A stretch of DNA of 64,000 nucleotides from IMG/VR virus record IMGVR_UViG_3300020152_000021, positions 19,868 through 83,867 of that record; one strand, given 5' to 3'. Origin of the DNA: a virus. A program made the position numbers and the translations under genes. The notes under the pieces are model-generated. The model saw only the letters and a program-made list of their open reading frames with translations, did not search any database and had not been told where the DNA came from. Position 1 is the first letter of the stretch. Every line of letters starts with the position of its first letter. Below are positions 10,401 to 20,389 of the stretch, in pieces.

Positions 10401-13212
10401 GGCTGCTGATCCGACTGAGAATCTGCAAGCTGCGACGAAGCAGTACGTAGATACTAAGGACGCTACTAAGGTTTCCAAAGCTGGCGACACCATGACTGGT
10501 GCTCTGACGCTTCCTGGTAACCCGACGGCTGATCTGGAAGCTGCACCGAAGCAATACGTAGATAGTTCTGTTAGCGCTCACGCTAACGACGATGCCCGTC
10601 ATATGACGGTGGAGCAAAATGCATTCCTGGATGCTGTTACTGTTGATGCAACTGAAATTAACCAGTTAGATGGTGTAACTGATAACGTTCAGATGCAAAT
10701 CGATAGTAAGTTGTCGAAGTCTGGTGGTACCATGACTGGTGCTATTACTCTTCCGGCTGATCCGATCAATGCTCTCGAAGCTGCTACTAAGCAATATGTA
10801 GATACTCAAGATGGTACGAAGGTCGCTAAGGCTGGTGATACCATGACTGGGTTCTTGACTCTTAACGCTGATCCGACTTCGGCTCTGCATGCTACTACTA
10901 AACAGTATGTAGATAGCAATCTGAATAGTCACGTTGAAGATACTGCAGTGCATATGACTGCGGCTCAAAACACGTTCCTTGATGCCCTTACGGTGACTTC
11001 GACTGAAGTCAATCGTTTAAGTGGTGTATCGAGTAATGTTCAGACTCAACTCAATGCTAAGTTGAATCTGGCTGGCGGTACGATGACTGGCGTTCTCACG
11101 TTAGACGCTGATCCGACTGATAATCTGCAAGCTGCGACTAAGCAGTACGTAGACAATCAAGATGCAACGAAGGTGAATAAAGCTGGCGACACGATGACTG
11201 GTGCGTTAACGCTGCCCGGTGATCCGACTTCGGCTCTGCAAGCTGCTACGAAGGGCTACGTCGACACTAATCTGTCTTCGCATGCAACTGATAATACGAT
11301 TCACATCACTGCTGCACAAAATACCTTCCTTGATGGTATCAGTGTTACTGCTGAAGAAGTGAATCATCTCGAAGGTGTTGACGAAAACGTCCAACTCCAG
11401 ATTGATAGCAAACTCAATCTGACCGGTGGTACTTTAACTGGTTTCTTGACGCTGCACGCTAATCCGACTGCTAATCTCGAAGCTGCTCCTAAGCAGTATG
11501 TTGATTCGCAAGATGCATTGAAAGTCTCGAAGGCTGGCGACACCATGACTGGTGCTCTGGTTCTTCATGCTGATCCTACCGCTGCGTTCGAAGCTGCTAC
11601 CAAGCAGTACGTCGATACTAAGGATGGTGATCAGAAGACTTATATTGATAACCAGGATGCCACGAAGGTTAACAAAGCTGGCGATACGATGACCGGCTTC
11701 TTGACTCTGAGTGCAGCTCCTACTGCTGATTTGCACGCTTCCACGAAGAAGTATGTGGACGATAAAGATGCAACTCAGAAGACTTATATCGATGAACAAG
11801 ACTCGGCTCTTGATGGTCGTATTGACACGCTGGAAAGCACCGTCAGTACCCTCAATTCCGATCCTGTTACGAAGAACTATGTAGATAGTCTCGCTGCTAC
11901 TAAGCTGAACATCGCTGGTGGTACGATGACTGGTTACATTACTCTGCATGCTGATCCGCAGCAGAATATGCATCCTGCAACGAAGCAGTACGTTGACGCA
12001 GTTGCACAAGGTCTTTCCACTAAGCCTTCCGTGCGCTTCGCTACGACTGCTAACATTAGTGCTGTTTACAACAACGGTACTTCTGGCGTTAATGCAACAT
12101 TAACCGGTTCCGCTAATGGCGCTCTTGTCGTTGATGGCAAGACTGTTATGATTGGTAATCGTATCCTTGTTAAGGATCAAACTAACAAAGCTGAAAACGG
12201 TGATTACACTGTGCAGCAAGTTGGTGATGCTAGCACGCCGTTCATCCTTAAGCGTGTTTCTACGATTGATGAATCCCATGAAGTTCCGGGTAGCTACTTC
12301 TACGTCTATGACGGTGATACGCTCAAAGGTACTGGCTGGGTATTTACTGTTGCCAATCCGGTTACTTTCTCGATTGGTACAGACGATATCAATGTTAATC
12401 AGTTCTCCGGTCAAGGTAGTCTGATTGCTGGCGCTGGTTTGACGATGGATGGTAATACCCTCAATATCAATAGCGCTAATTCTGGTCGTATCGTGGTCAA
12501 TGCTGATAGCATCGATCTGGCGACGACTGGTGTTACTCCGAATAGCTACACTAAGGTTACTGTGGATGGTTACGGTCGTGTTACGGCTGGTTCCAATCCG
12601 AACACCTTGGCAGGCTTCGGTATTACTGATGGTCAACAGCTTAACGCTAACCTGACCAGTCTGTCTGCAGTTGTCTCTACCGGTATCGTGGTACGTGATA
12701 ACACTAACACCATGGTAACGAAGGCTGTTACTCATAGTGGTGTTGGTATCACTGTCACTAACGGTGATGGTGCTGCTGCTGGTAATATCACTATCGTTTC
12801 CAATGCTACGAGCGCTGCGACTGCAGACGCAATCGTTTCTCGTGATGCTAGCGGTAACTTTGCTGCTAACATTATCACTGCTTCGCTGAATGGCAATGCT
12901 TCTACTGCTACGACGCTCGCAACTTCGCGTGACTTCTCCTTAACGGGCGATATCACTGCGGCTGTTGTTAGCTTCAATGGTAGTGCAAACGTTGCTCTTA
13001 ATACTAGCCTTACCACTACTGGTGTGGAAGCTGGTACTTACACTCAGGTCACTGTCGATACGAAGGGCCGTGTGAGTGCTGGTTCTAACCCGACCACCAT
13101 TGCAGGATTAGGTGTTCAAGATGTGTATACGAAGGCTGAAGTTGATGCTATCGTGACGGCTATGGAGAAGAAGTTCAATGAACTCTACCTCTATCTCCTT
13201 TCCCGTAGTTAA
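7456..13212 (+). CDS. Long repetitive tail fibre protein, 1918 aa
   Basis: Many KAGDTMTGxLxLxxDPTxxLxAATKQYVD and HLTAAQNTFLDAVTV repeats; C-terminal YTKVTVDxxGRV motifs; strong RBS AAGGAG. Confidence 0.85.
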   Translation: MKLNIYGNMPIITPRDPQVPMEAANKNYVDNTMAQHANNMSLHLTVDQNTFLDSLTINATEANRLSGITGNVQTQLDNKVALSGSVMTGLLTLSGNPTGNLHAATKQYVDSQDALNVSKAGDTMTGDLTLKGDPTSALHAAPKQYVDATVNSHADDATKHLTAAQNTFLDAVTVSSTEVNQLAGVTSAVQTQLDSKLPKSGGTMTGDLVLNADPTANLQAATKNYVDTKDALKVNKAGDTMTGALVLPGNPTASLEAAPKQYVDSTVSTHASDTALHLTASQNTFLDAVTVSSTEVNRLAGVTSDVQTQLDSKLALAGGTMTGSLNLAADPTVSTEAATKNYVDTKDGLKVSKAGDTMTGALTLAGNPENALEAAPKQYVDSTVTSHADDATKHLTAAQNTFLDGVSVSSTEVNRLSGVTDNVQTQLDAKLNLAGGTMTGTLVLSGAPVNPSDAVTKTYADTQDALKVSKSGDTMTGALTLPGDPTTNLQAATKQYVDSTVTDHANDAAKHLTVAQNTFLDAVTVTATEVNQLSGVGSNVQSQLDDKFAKAGGLITGDVTLDTGKTIFVSKVPDAGTEVVNKAYVDSKLNGQDWKDPVTDVELVDIALDTPPASPVAKDVYIIGDAPTGAWAGKAGYATFHNGTEWVFLQGRAVAAGDRFGVAFTSATALTGTLVGQGKKIITIIDATPGAIQFTTDALSAAATTLVFDPQSSKFGVSYTLTDEGNWVPTNTSVNLTAGEALDLSGNILNVKHGDGLEVNADVLEVKLDTSTGVEFTAGGAVAVKRDGTTISASANGIKVSDAVISDIADKVSKTGTSAVTGSVTFDTNASLKTNFTATDDAHVVNKGYVDAADEALDGRVDTLETTVGTLNSDPTTKTYVDQQDALKVSKAGDTMTGALTLPGDPTADLQAAPKQYVDSTVSTHASDDARHLTTAQNTFLDAVTVSATEVNRLNGVTSNVQTQIDSKLALAGGTMTGALALAADPTENLQAATKQYVDTKDATKVSKAGDTMTGALTLPGNPTADLEAAPKQYVDSSVSAHANDDARHMTVEQNAFLDAVTVDATEINQLDGVTDNVQMQIDSKLSKSGGTMTGAITLPADPINALEAATKQYVDTQDGTKVAKAGDTMTGFLTLNADPTSALHATTKQYVDSNLNSHVEDTAVHMTAAQNTFLDALTVTSTEVNRLSGVSSNVQTQLNAKLNLAGGTMTGVLTLDADPTDNLQAATKQYVDNQDATKVNKAGDTMTGALTLPGDPTSALQAATKGYVDTNLSSHATDNTIHITAAQNTFLDGISVTAEEVNHLEGVDENVQLQIDSKLNLTGGTLTGFLTLHANPTANLEAAPKQYVDSQDALKVSKAGDTMTGALVLHADPTAAFEAATKQYVDTKDGDQKTYIDNQDATKVNKAGDTMTGFLTLSAAPTADLHASTKKYVDDKDATQKTYIDEQDSALDGRIDTLESTVSTLNSDPVTKNYVDSLAATKLNIAGGTMTGYITLHADPQQNMHPATKQYVDAVAQGLSTKPSVRFATTANISAVYNNGTSGVNATLTGSANGALVVDGKTVMIGNRILVKDQTNKAENGDYTVQQVGDASTPFILKRVSTIDESHEVPGSYFYVYDGDTLKGTGWVFTVANPVTFSIGTDDINVNQFSGQGSLIAGAGLTMDGNTLNINSANSGRIVVNADSIDLATTGVTPNSYTKVTVDGYGRVTAGSNPNTLAGFGITDGQQLNANLTSLSAVVSTGIVVRDNTNTMVTKAVTHSGVGITVTNGDGAAAGNITIVSNATSAATADAIVSRDASGNFAANIITASLNGNASTATTLATSRDFSLTGDITAAVVSFNGSANVALNTSLTTTGVEAGTYTQVTVDTKGRVSAGSNPTTIAGLGVQDVYTKAEVDAIVTAMEKKFNELYLYLLSRS

Positions 13213-13230
13213 TAACTCATAGACGGTATA

Positions 13231-13262
13231 GCTCCAGAGAGCCTGTAAAGGCTCTCTGGAGC
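13231..13262. terminator. Bidirectional terminator hairpin
   Basis: 14-bp perfect stem GCTCCAGAGAGCCT with GTAA loop, between convergent genes. Confidence 0.8.
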
Positions 13263-13280
13263 ATTTATTTCACCTTCTGG

Positions 13281-14141
13281 TTACTTTGTACTACCTACCT
13301 TTAAAATCACTTCTGAGAGCGATTTAATAGCGCTATAGAAGAAGATGCAATTGCTATACATATAGCTCACTAATTCCACTTCTTTAGCAACGATATGCAC
13401 CGCATTGACGAGTTCTTTCTTAGTGGAGTCATTCTTCAGAAGAACACCCGACTTAGTGTTTTGATCAATTAAGATATCAATCAGATCAGATACTTCATTC
13501 GCCAGTTTAGAGATATGATTAATCTTCGACAGATTAATAATGCCATCTAACTTTTGAATATCATTATACAGTTGTTCAACATCCGATAACGATTTCAGTA
13601 AGTCACCTACATACGCTTTTACAGTGGAGTTAGAGCTAGGGAAATACTTCGCAATATCTTTGCGAGCAGTTTCACTAATCTTTTCAGCTTGTTTGAAATA
13701 GCTAATGCCGTACAGCGTCGACACTTTCTCTTCCGAGTACTCATTGATAAACGATGACACCGCCATCTTGAGATTATGCAGGCTTTCTTCCGTATTAGCG
13801 ATTAACAAATCAGAAGCAGAAATTAACTCAGCCGCATAATCGACATATTTACCTTTGAAATTCTCAGGCTTTAATACCATCTCGTCACGCAGTTCTACCA
13901 GCTTTAAGCGTTTGACGACATGTTGTGTTTCAAAACGCGTCGCTAACGTATCGGTTACGATCTTATCGTTATCTAATTTAGCAACAGTACTACCTAAAGT
14001 AGCAAAGGTATCTTTCAGTTTATAAAAGAAATCCGAGACAGCTTCTAACGAAATGACCGAAGCAGTGTTATAGTAACCTCTAAATTCTTCCGTCGACAAC
14101 TTCAGAACTGGAAGCTCTTCACCAGCAAATAACTTAGACAT
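13281..14141 (-). CDS. Hypothetical, probably virion protein (alpha-helical)
   Basis: 286-aa ORF with RBS AGGAG; contains SLE, a motif type cleaved by the phiKZ head protease (inference). Confidence 0.6.
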   Translation of the reverse strand: MSKLFAGEELPVLKLSTEEFRGYYNTASVISLEAVSDFFYKLKDTFATLGSTVAKLDNDKIVTDTLATRFETQHVVKRLKLVELRDEMVLKPENFKGKYVDYAAELISASDLLIANTEESLHNLKMAVSSFINEYSEEKVSTLYGISYFKQAEKISETARKDIAKYFPSSNSTVKAYVGDLLKSLSDVEQLYNDIQKLDGIINLSKINHISKLANEVSDLIDILIDQNTKSGVLLKNDSTKKELVNAVHIVAKEVELVSYMYSNCIFFYSAIKSLSEVILKVGSTK

Positions 14142-14204
14142 GTAATATACTCCTAGAAAAGGCTAAAATACTTTCTTCCTATCGCAATAGGTTAAACCAA
14201 AGAA

Positions 14205-14241
14205 TTTTCCCACTCGGAAGATTTCTCCTCCGAGTGGAAAA
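14205..14241 (-). terminator. Terminator-like hairpin
   Basis: CCACTCGGA...TCCGAGTGG inverted repeat with T/A flanks. Confidence 0.6.
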
Positions 14242-14246
14242 GTATT

Positions 14247-15335
14247 CTAGTAATTTGACAATTGATGCCACAAACGTAATTCATCATTCATATCAATATC
14301 ACCGACGAACATTGTCATCGGGTTGTCGTCTTGGCTACTATACATCAAATATCCATAAGCGGAATCTGTAGTAACATGTTCATTGATATCTAACGTATAA
14401 GTGATTGCTTTAAAGTCTTTAGCTTCGGGATCTTCTTTAATGCCTAAGTAAATAGGGGCATCGATTACATTAGCATCAGATGGAATATAAAGGGAAATCT
14501 CCACGATTCCACCATTAGTCTTAAACGATCCTTCTTTACAAGTAAACAAAGCAACACTCATGTCCGGTTTATACAATTCCCAATACAGAGTTGTACCAAC
14601 AGGATAACCAGAGGTATCTATTTGAATGATAACACTATTACCTTTCACCCAAACCGGATCTTTCTTATCAACCCAAAGATCGTTAATGATTTTTCTTCTG
14701 CTTAAGAAGTATAACAGCGCATCATATTGAACAAGCTTATTACTCGGAATGATATGCGGTAATTCATCTGTCTTAAATTTAGACAGTAACGAATTTACAA
14801 TTTCAAGAACAATGTTAGTTTGACCTAACGTAATGGCTCGTTTAATTCTTTCGAGATAATCAACGATAGGTTCAAAACCAAATACGTCATCCAGTAAGTG
14901 ACGGTGAATGGTTGGACTAAATTCTGTTGGCTTATTAAAGACGTTCGTCCAGTCAACCGGACGGTTATCATTAATTACCGATTCGTACATATTCGCGATA
15001 GCGGTATCATCATAACAATAATGACCACCTAACGCTTGATATGTGATCGTAACGTTAGAACTGACATCTTTGTTGATGATCAGAATCACGGAAGCAATTT
15101 CTTTACCATATTTCAGAGTTGCTTCTTGATGCAATTCAACGATTTGATAATCTACACCACGTTTTAATTCTTTTACGCCATCTTTAACAATTAAATGTTC
15201 AGCAAAGAACGGACCTAAGTTAGGCGCAATACTACGCGTGGGTCGGTTCGATAACTCATGCGGTTCATCTACGATTTTGTTATTTATATTTTTGCCAGTA
15301 ATATCGAGATCAAGAGCTACTTGATTATAAGACAT
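14247..15335 (-). CDS. Virion structural protein, paralogous N-domain to 6306-7325
   Basis: Shared pattern LDxTG...N...E.H...P..(G/A)PF...YQxxGG. Confidence 0.65.
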   Translation of the reverse strand: MSYNQVALDLDITGKNINNKIVDEPHELSNRPTRSIAPNLGPFFAEHLIVKDGVKELKRGVDYQIVELHQEATLKYGKEIASVILIINKDVSSNVTITYQALGGHYCYDDTAIANMYESVINDNRPVDWTNVFNKPTEFSPTIHRHLLDDVFGFEPIVDYLERIKRAITLGQTNIVLEIVNSLLSKFKTDELPHIIPSNKLVQYDALLYFLSRRKIINDLWVDKKDPVWVKGNSVIIQIDTSGYPVGTTLYWELYKPDMSVALFTCKEGSFKTNGGIVEISLYIPSDANVIDAPIYLGIKEDPEAKDFKAITYTLDINEHVTTDSAYGYLMYSSQDDNPMTMFVGDIDMNDELRLWHQLSNY

Positions 15336-15852
15336 TTAGATTACCCCTATCAATCTTTACTAATATTGGTTCGTTCCCTGATGCTTTAACTATAGCTTCT
15401 ACGAGACTATCAGGGGTTTGTCCTGCGTCTTCGTCATCTATATAACCAATCTGATTATAGAATTCGCTAGCTAAGTCAGAGCAATAATCTTCTTTGGCGT
15501 TTCTTTTGAATTTGAATACACCACGTACCATATCTAGTAAACTATATTTATTTCCAAGTCGATTGAATAACACATCGATATGGCTATCTTTGTCTTCAAT
15601 ATTAGTTTTAACTAAATAGAAATCTCTGCACAACGAAATTGGGAATACCTTAACGACTGGCGGCGCTGCATCCACCATCATTAAACGATTACCCATCTTT
15701 ACTACAATACCAACGTGCGTATACTTCGCTCCGAATATTTTTTGGTATAAAAATAATAGGAAATCGAAAATGTTAGCAACGCTTCTCGTCTTCCAAATGA
15801 GAAGGTCACCTGTTTTCATTTCGTGTCTTATGTTGGAATATAAAGTTACCAT
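15325..15852 (-). CDS. Permuted papain-like NlpC/P60 enzyme (YiiX/YebB, C92-like)
   Basis: GDLLIW...YTHVGIV (His first) and C-terminal DYCSDL (Cys last). Confidence 0.75.
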   Translation of the reverse strand: MVTLYSNIRHEMKTGDLLIWKTRSVANIFDFLLFLYQKIFGAKYTHVGIVVKMGNRLMMVDAAPPVVKVFPISLCRDFYLVKTNIEDKDSHIDVLFNRLGNKYSLLDMVRGVFKFKRNAKEDYCSDLASEFYNQIGYIDDEDAGQTPDSLVEAIVKASGNEPILVKIDRGNLNVL

Positions 15853-15900
15853 TTAATAAACTCCTTTTGTGATACAAATCAAACAATTTTGGAGAACGTA

Positions 15901-16605
15901 ATGAAGAAGATAGGCTTTTTATTGTTATTATTATGTAGTACGGCTTTTGCTCAGAAGAATTATATTCCTGAGAAAGCCTTTTCGTATAAAGAAATTATTA
16001 AGATAGAACTAGACACTTACTTTCCCACGATTCCAGATTACAATTATATTCCTAGTTTAACGGAACACGAGAGTTGTATTTCTCTCAAACACAGTAGATG
16101 CTGGAATAGTACTTCTAGATTAAAAAGCGCAAGAGAAGAAGGAGCAGGTCTTGGGCAAATTACTCGTGCTTATAAAAAAGATGGATCTCTTCGTTTTGAT
16201 TCTTTACAAGCGATGAAAGATCGCTATAAACAAGAGTTAAAACAAGCGAGTTGGGAAACTATCTATCAAAAACCGGATGTACAGATTCGTATGATGATAC
16301 TGATGGTCAGAGATGATTATAAAAAGCTTTACAACATAGAAAATCCAATAGAGCGACTTCACATGACTGATGCTTCTTATAATGGAGGTATTGGAGGCTT
16401 GTTAAAAGAAAGAAGAGCTTGTGGTATGAGTGCTAGTTGTAATCCTAATATCTGGTTTAATAATGTAGAACGCTTTTGCTTAAAGAGTAAAACCGCTATA
16501 TATGGACAAAGATCTCCATGTGATATTAATCGTCATCATGTAGAAGATGTATTCCATAATAAGTTACCGAAATACCGAGCTAAGTACTTTACAGAGGAAT
16601 TATGA
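15901..16605 (+). CDS. Lytic transglycosylase/lysozyme-like protein with signal peptide
   Basis: MKKIGFLLLLLCSTAFA signal peptide; ES catalytic-type motif, GAGLGQIT, ASYNGG. Confidence 0.75.
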   Translation: MKKIGFLLLLLCSTAFAQKNYIPEKAFSYKEIIKIELDTYFPTIPDYNYIPSLTEHESCISLKHSRCWNSTSRLKSAREEGAGLGQITRAYKKDGSLRFDSLQAMKDRYKQELKQASWETIYQKPDVQIRMMILMVRDDYKKLYNIENPIERLHMTDASYNGGIGGLLKERRACGMSASCNPNIWFNNVERFCLKSKTAIYGQRSPCDINRHHVEDVFHNKLPKYRAKYFTEEL

Positions 16606-16606
16606 A

Positions 16607-17290
16607 ATGAAACGAGATAAGGATTTTATATCCAGTAAACTCTATATTAAAGATGGAAAAATCTACTGCAAAGAGAAATGCATTATTGAATTTCCTAAGT
16701 GGTACGAAGATAAAGAACTAGCAACGATTCAAGATGTGGTATATTTTTACGGTGTCTTTAGTATTATCATTGGAGATAAGTACAGCGTATCGGTCATTCC
16801 TACACTATGTCAGACTACTCCTATCATGATCAAAGAGATCGAACGAGATGGTGTCGTTTACAATCAATTTGTATACGGTAAAGACGATTGTATTATTAGC
16901 AATACTAAAGTGGTTAAGAATGAGTTATTGAGTTATAACTTCTTCGAGACTTTCTATATGTATGCACGGGTGCCTTGGTTCATTGAATACGAAGATTTAG
17001 TTCGTATCATGGATAACCTTCCTATCTATGCAAATAGTAACGTGGGTGGTAACTTCATTTCGAATGAATTAACGACTAGCTTTATTACTCGTGTTAAAGA
17101 CGATAAGAAGAAGTTCTTTAGACAAGATAGTGGTAAGAAGTTTGAATATGTGGATCTGATGAACGTTTACTATAGTGCTTTAAGTACTGTAAATAAGATT
17201 GCCGGTAACTACTTCATGGAAAGTATGACTAGTGCAATCGTTCAGAAAGAACCTAAGACAACTAAGTTAGAAGATTTAGTTAGAGAATAG
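16607..17290 (+). CDS. Hypothetical phage protein
   Basis: 227-aa ORF starting 1 nt after the upstream stop, RBS GAGGA. Confidence 0.6.
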   Translation: MKRDKDFISSKLYIKDGKIYCKEKCIIEFPKWYEDKELATIQDVVYFYGVFSIIIGDKYSVSVIPTLCQTTPIMIKEIERDGVVYNQFVYGKDDCIISNTKVVKNELLSYNFFETFYMYARVPWFIEYEDLVRIMDNLPIYANSNVGGNFISNELTTSFITRVKDDKKKFFRQDSGKKFEYVDLMNVYYSALSTVNKIAGNYFMESMTSAIVQKEPKTTKLEDLVRE

Positions 17291-17334
17291 GAGGGAAAGA
17301 TGCGTCCCAATAACGATGGTTAATTAAAGAAAGA

Positions 17335-17366
17335 TATACACCTGGAGAATACTCTCCAGGTGTATA
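17335..17366. terminator. Bidirectional terminator hairpin
   Basis: TATACACCTGGAGA...TCTCCAGGTGTATA between convergent genes. Confidence 0.8.
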
Positions 17367-17374
17367 CTTATTTA

Positions 17375-20278
17375 TTACGTCTTAATAAAATAGAATTCCG
17401 AAGTAGATTCAGAAGTACTAAAATCAGGAAGTCTGAAATTGTTGGTTTTATCTATAGCAATTATAGCTCCGTTATAGTAAGGAGAATAGTCATTTAAACT
17501 ACCACTAAACGAAGCAAAACGTATAGTGGAAACAAAACTACCAATCTCTCCACCTAACGTATATATTTTACTGCTTGTAGCTATTACCTGTGAATGTGCT
17601 ATAAACCCTGTTGCGCCAGTAGCTTGACTCCACGTACCTAAAGTACCGTCAGCGTTGATAGGAGCACTAAATACATCACCGGTATAAGAACCTCCGGCAA
17701 AGCCACCTATCAAGTATACACGCTTTCTCGTCACCACAGACTGAGAGAAAACATGATGTACCGGTAGACTAGTGCCTGTTGTCCAAGCACCTAAAGTTCC
17801 ATCAGCGTTAATAGGAGCAGTGTGAACAGTATCTCTATAGATACCATTTACTTCACCACCCAACAAATACACTCTATTTTTAGTGACCACAATTTGAGCA
17901 GCTCTTATAACCGCTGGTAAAGAGCCAGCTCCATTCCAAGTACCCAACGTACCATCAGCATTAATCGGTGCCGTATATATAGAAGAAGAGTTAGAGCCAG
18001 AGTTAGTTTGTCCACCCATTATATATACACGATTCTTAGTAACGATAGCATGGCTTTGCATTAAAGTAGAAGGCAAACCAGTGGCGGTCGTCCAAGTACC
18101 CAACGTACCATCAGCATTAATCGGCGCGGTATAAACGGTAGAAACTACATTTGTATTATTATGTCCACCTAAGAGGTAAACACGATTCTTAGTAACGATA
18201 GCTTGAGAATGACCCAGTTTATCTGGCAAAGGTGAACTTGATGTCCAAGCACCTAACGTACCATCATCGTTAATAGGAGCAGTGTACACGTTAGCAGACC
18301 AGTTACTATCAACTTGACCGCCCATTATATATACTCTATTTTTCGTCACAATTGCTTGTGCGTAACCTATAGTAGCTGGTAGATTTCCGTGAGTATTCCA
18401 ACCAGTTAAAGTACCATCTTGCGTAGTGTTAATATCATATTGTTGCCGCCATGGTTGCCCATTACCTGGTTGAATATCGAATTGGGTATCCCTATAACTA
18501 TCTTGTATAATTATAGACCCAGAAATATTAGATCCATCGAACTTATTGATCGTTCCATTATAGAAATTAGAGTAATCATTTACACCACCAGAAAAAGATG
18601 CTGTATAGACAGAATTCCTAGGTCCTGTATTATAATCAGATCCTCCTAGCAAATATATACGGTTTTTCGTAACAATTGTGTGTAGATCTGATACATATAT
18701 AGGTAAATTAGTAGCAGTGGTCCACGCACCTAAAGTGCCATCAGTATTGATGGGCGCTGTGTAAACAGTTCTAACATAATTACCACTTGCTATCCATCCT
18801 GAGAATATGAATACACGGTTTTTAGTAATGACAGATTGCGCGTGACGCATTGGTCCTGGTAAGGAACTGCCAACTGTCCATGTTCCAATAGTACCATCGC
18901 TATTAATAGGGGCGGTATAAACTGTTGAGATTGCGTCACTAGAAGCATTATTACCACCTAACAGATAGACTCTATTTTTAGTAACGATAGCTTGGGAAAG
19001 AGATAATTTCTCTGGCAAGGATGTAGTGGTTGTCCAAGCACCAAGAGTACCATCGGAGTTAATCGGAGCAACATGTACCGTATTAATAGGTCCTCCGCTA
19101 GTATATCCTCCTAATAAATATACTTTATTTTTAGTCACTACAGTTTGCGGATACACTAAAGTCATAGGTAACGACGTAGTGGTAGTCCAAGCACCTAACG
19201 TGCCATCAGTATTGATAGGAGCAGTGTATACTGTAGATGAGTTTGTTCCGTTAACCACACCGCCTAATAAGTATACACGATTTTTAGTAACTACAACTTG
19301 TGCGGCATATATAGTCTCTGGTAACGCCGTGCTAGTCGTCCATGTACCAAGAGTACCGTCAGCATTAATAGGCGCAGTATATACAGTGCTTAAATAATTA
19401 CCACCACCTGTACTCCATCCACCTACTAAATAAGCACGATTATTAGTTACAAAAGCCATTCCGTCAGAAATCGCCATTGGTAGAGCAGTTGCAGATGTCC
19501 AATCAGTTATATCGGCATTTTGATTACTATTAAAGTCGTATTGTTGACGCCACGGTTGACCTGCTCCCATTACTGCGTAACTAGTGTAATCTAAAGTCTG
19601 TTTAGTGATATAAGGACTAGCAATGGTCTCATATAAAGCACTATACGTTGCTTTACTGATTTCACCGCCGTTACAACGTAAGAAACCAGCAGGAGTCGTG
19701 TTAGTCGGTCTACGAATAATAGCACCAGTAGTTACACTAACACCATTGTTGTTTAATGCGTCCACATACTGTTTATTAGCGGCGTGTAAATTGGCAGTAG
19801 GATCGTTATTTAACGTTAATGTACCGTCTACAGTACCACCATTAACACTTAAACCGTTCGTAATACCGTAACCAGCAATAGTAGTAGGTTTATTCGAGGA
19901 GATTTTATTCCAATTAAACGGCGGAATATCGTCGTTAGTAAGAGCACCACCGTTAAGAACACGACCTTTGGAATCGGTAGTGATCTTTGTATAAGTACCA
20001 GCAATAACGCCAGTGTTATTCAGAACAAAGTTACCTGCACCGGTCGCGCTACTCACGTCACCAGTAAAAGCAGGTAATCTGCCAATCGGAATAGTACCCG
20101 TTTTAATATTAGCAGCGTTTAAAGAATTGACGGCACTGTCGACATATTGTTTTGGTGCGGCTTCCAACGGGCCAGTAGGATTACCAGCTAAAACAAGAGG
20201 ACCGGTAAGTGTTGCGCTTAGTCCTTGGTCAAACGCACTCGGTTTGGTACCAGACTGACTAAAGAAATTGACTCTCAT
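17375..20278 (-). CDS. Tail fibre/collar protein with two Kelch-like beta-propellers
   Basis: Fibre N-terminus; collar motif PAGFLRCNGGEISK; about 12 repeats of VTKNRVYLLGG...VYTAPINxDGTLGxW; C-terminal FRLPDF. Confidence 0.8.
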   Translation of the reverse strand: MRVNFFSQSGTKPSAFDQGLSATLTGPLVLAGNPTGPLEAAPKQYVDSAVNSLNAANIKTGTIPIGRLPAFTGDVSSATGAGNFVLNNTGVIAGTYTKITTDSKGRVLNGGALTNDDIPPFNWNKISSNKPTTIAGYGITNGLSVNGGTVDGTLTLNNDPTANLHAANKQYVDALNNNGVSVTTGAIIRRPTNTTPAGFLRCNGGEISKATYSALYETIASPYITKQTLDYTSYAVMGAGQPWRQQYDFNSNQNADITDWTSATALPMAISDGMAFVTNNRAYLVGGWSTGGGNYLSTVYTAPINADGTLGTWTTSTALPETIYAAQVVVTKNRVYLLGGVVNGTNSSTVYTAPINTDGTLGAWTTTTSLPMTLVYPQTVVTKNKVYLLGGYTSGGPINTVHVAPINSDGTLGAWTTTTSLPEKLSLSQAIVTKNRVYLLGGNNASSDAISTVYTAPINSDGTIGTWTVGSSLPGPMRHAQSVITKNRVFIFSGWIASGNYVRTVYTAPINTDGTLGAWTTATNLPIYVSDLHTIVTKNRIYLLGGSDYNTGPRNSVYTASFSGGVNDYSNFYNGTINKFDGSNISGSIIIQDSYRDTQFDIQPGNGQPWRQQYDINTTQDGTLTGWNTHGNLPATIGYAQAIVTKNRVYIMGGQVDSNWSANVYTAPINDDGTLGAWTSSSPLPDKLGHSQAIVTKNRVYLLGGHNNTNVVSTVYTAPINADGTLGTWTTATGLPSTLMQSHAIVTKNRVYIMGGQTNSGSNSSSIYTAPINADGTLGTWNGAGSLPAVIRAAQIVVTKNRVYLLGGEVNGIYRDTVHTAPINADGTLGAWTTGTSLPVHHVFSQSVVTRKRVYLIGGFAGGSYTGDVFSAPINADGTLGTWSQATGATGFIAHSQVIATSSKIYTLGGEIGSFVSTIRFASFSGSLNDYSPYYNGAIIAIDKTNNFRLPDFSTSESTSEFYFIKT

Positions 20279-20353
20279 ATTAAACTCCTTTTTGACTATA
20301 GGCTGAAACTCACAGGATGACGTGGTTATAAACTCGCTTAACGAAAATAAAAA

Positions 20354-20376
20354 TCCGAGAGGAATTACCTCTCGGA
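20354..20376 (-). terminator. Terminator hairpin
   Basis: TCCGAGAGG-AATTA-CCTCTCGGA with an A-tract on the left (T-tract on the minus strand). Confidence 0.7.
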
Positions 20377-20389
20377 CTTATTCTTTAAT

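Noticed and set aside
8539-13016. Many overlapping alternative-frame and antisense ORFs in the long fibre gene (similarly in the sheath and Calx-beta genes)
   Set aside because: Expected shadows of biased, repetitive codon usage; no RBS or motifs.
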